From IMG/VR virus record IMGVR_UViG_3300031949_000077, positions 1 to 43,840 of that record: 43,840 nt of DNA; one strand, written 5' to 3'. This DNA comes from a virus (taxonomy: Duplodnaviria > Caudoviricetes). A program made the translations under genes and the position numbers. This document shows, piece after piece, positions 43,528 to 43,840 of this stretch (the stretch's first letter is position 1; every line of letters starts with the position of its first letter). The notes beneath the pieces are model-generated. The model had not been told where the DNA came from. It made no database searches and was given only the letters and a program-made list of their open reading frames with translations.

Positions 43528-43840
43528 TCCAATTACCTCCTGACTGAATTTCTACCTTAAGTGGGACCGCTAGCTTAACCGATGTTTCCATGATGCGTTT
43601 TATGTCGTCTATGGCTAGCTCTACATCTTCTTCATTGACAGATAGTATTACTTCATCATGTACCACTAACTGTATCGGATATCCGTTCCTACTTAAATTG
43701 TTCATAGCTATCTTCATGATATCAGCAGCAGTGCCTTGGACTGGTGTGTTAATGGCTTTACGCTCCGCTGATGCTCTTAAATAAAAGTCTTTGGAGGCAG
43801 CTTCCGGTAAAAACCGTTTCCGGCCATACAAGGTCTCAAC
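43487..43840 (-). CDS. polA: Family A DNA polymerase, C-terminal part (continuation of 1620..1)
   Basis: INTPVQGTAADIMK; motif C LVVHDEVI; VPLKVE...G.NW. Confidence 0.95.
   Translation of the reverse strand, partial: VETLYGRKRFLPEAASKDFYLRASAERKAINTPVQGTAADIMKIAMNNLSRNGYPIQLVVHDEVILSVNEEDVELAIDDIKRIMETSVKLAVPLKVEIQSGGNWNAAKEKEESNEKA
43709..43840. repeat. Terminal direct repeat, right copy
   Basis: Matches 1-132 with one mismatch. Confidence 0.97.

Noticed and set aside
1-43840. Stop-codon reassignment
   Set aside because: Standard code 11 gives dense, full-length genes, and TAA, TAG and TGA all occur as genuine stops
1-43840. Apparent abundance of AGCT/CTAG words
   Set aside because: Visual impression only; needs a k-mer observed/expected calculation and may simply reflect GCT/CTA/TTA codon preference

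Overview
The window is an apparently complete, circularly permuted genome of a tailed dsDNA phage with podovirus-like (P22/T7-type short-tail) morphogenesis genes. Bases 1-132 repeat 43709-43840 with one mismatch, giving a unit genome of about 43,708 bp, and the cut falls inside a family A DNA polymerase gene. Two arms diverge from a ~0.9 kb non-coding region (11546-12465). The leftward (minus-strand) arm carries early genes, including two repeat proteins and a sigma70-region-4-type regulator. It then continues through primase-helicase, nucleotide enzymes, exonuclease, PolA, HNH, proteases, endolysin, holin and two PQ-loop/SemiSWEET-like proteins, wrapping through the window ends to 38136. The rightward arm (12466-38081) encodes packaging, head, a glycosyltransferase/methyltransferase cassette, tail and ejection proteins. 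I found no integrase, tRNA, CRISPR array or reverse transcriptase. The most notable observations are: (1) a large terminase split into separate ATPase and nuclease genes ~2 kb apart, with six structural-looking genes between them; (2) a three-fold pseudo-symmetric RNA three-way junction in front of a probable capsid decoration gene; (3) a 34-bp promoter-like motif (29/34 identical) shared by the replication and structural operons; (4) two PQ-loop proteins, one with a degenerate PQ motif; (5) a putative virion glycosylation cassette. All functional calls come from motif recognition by eye; no database searches were run.
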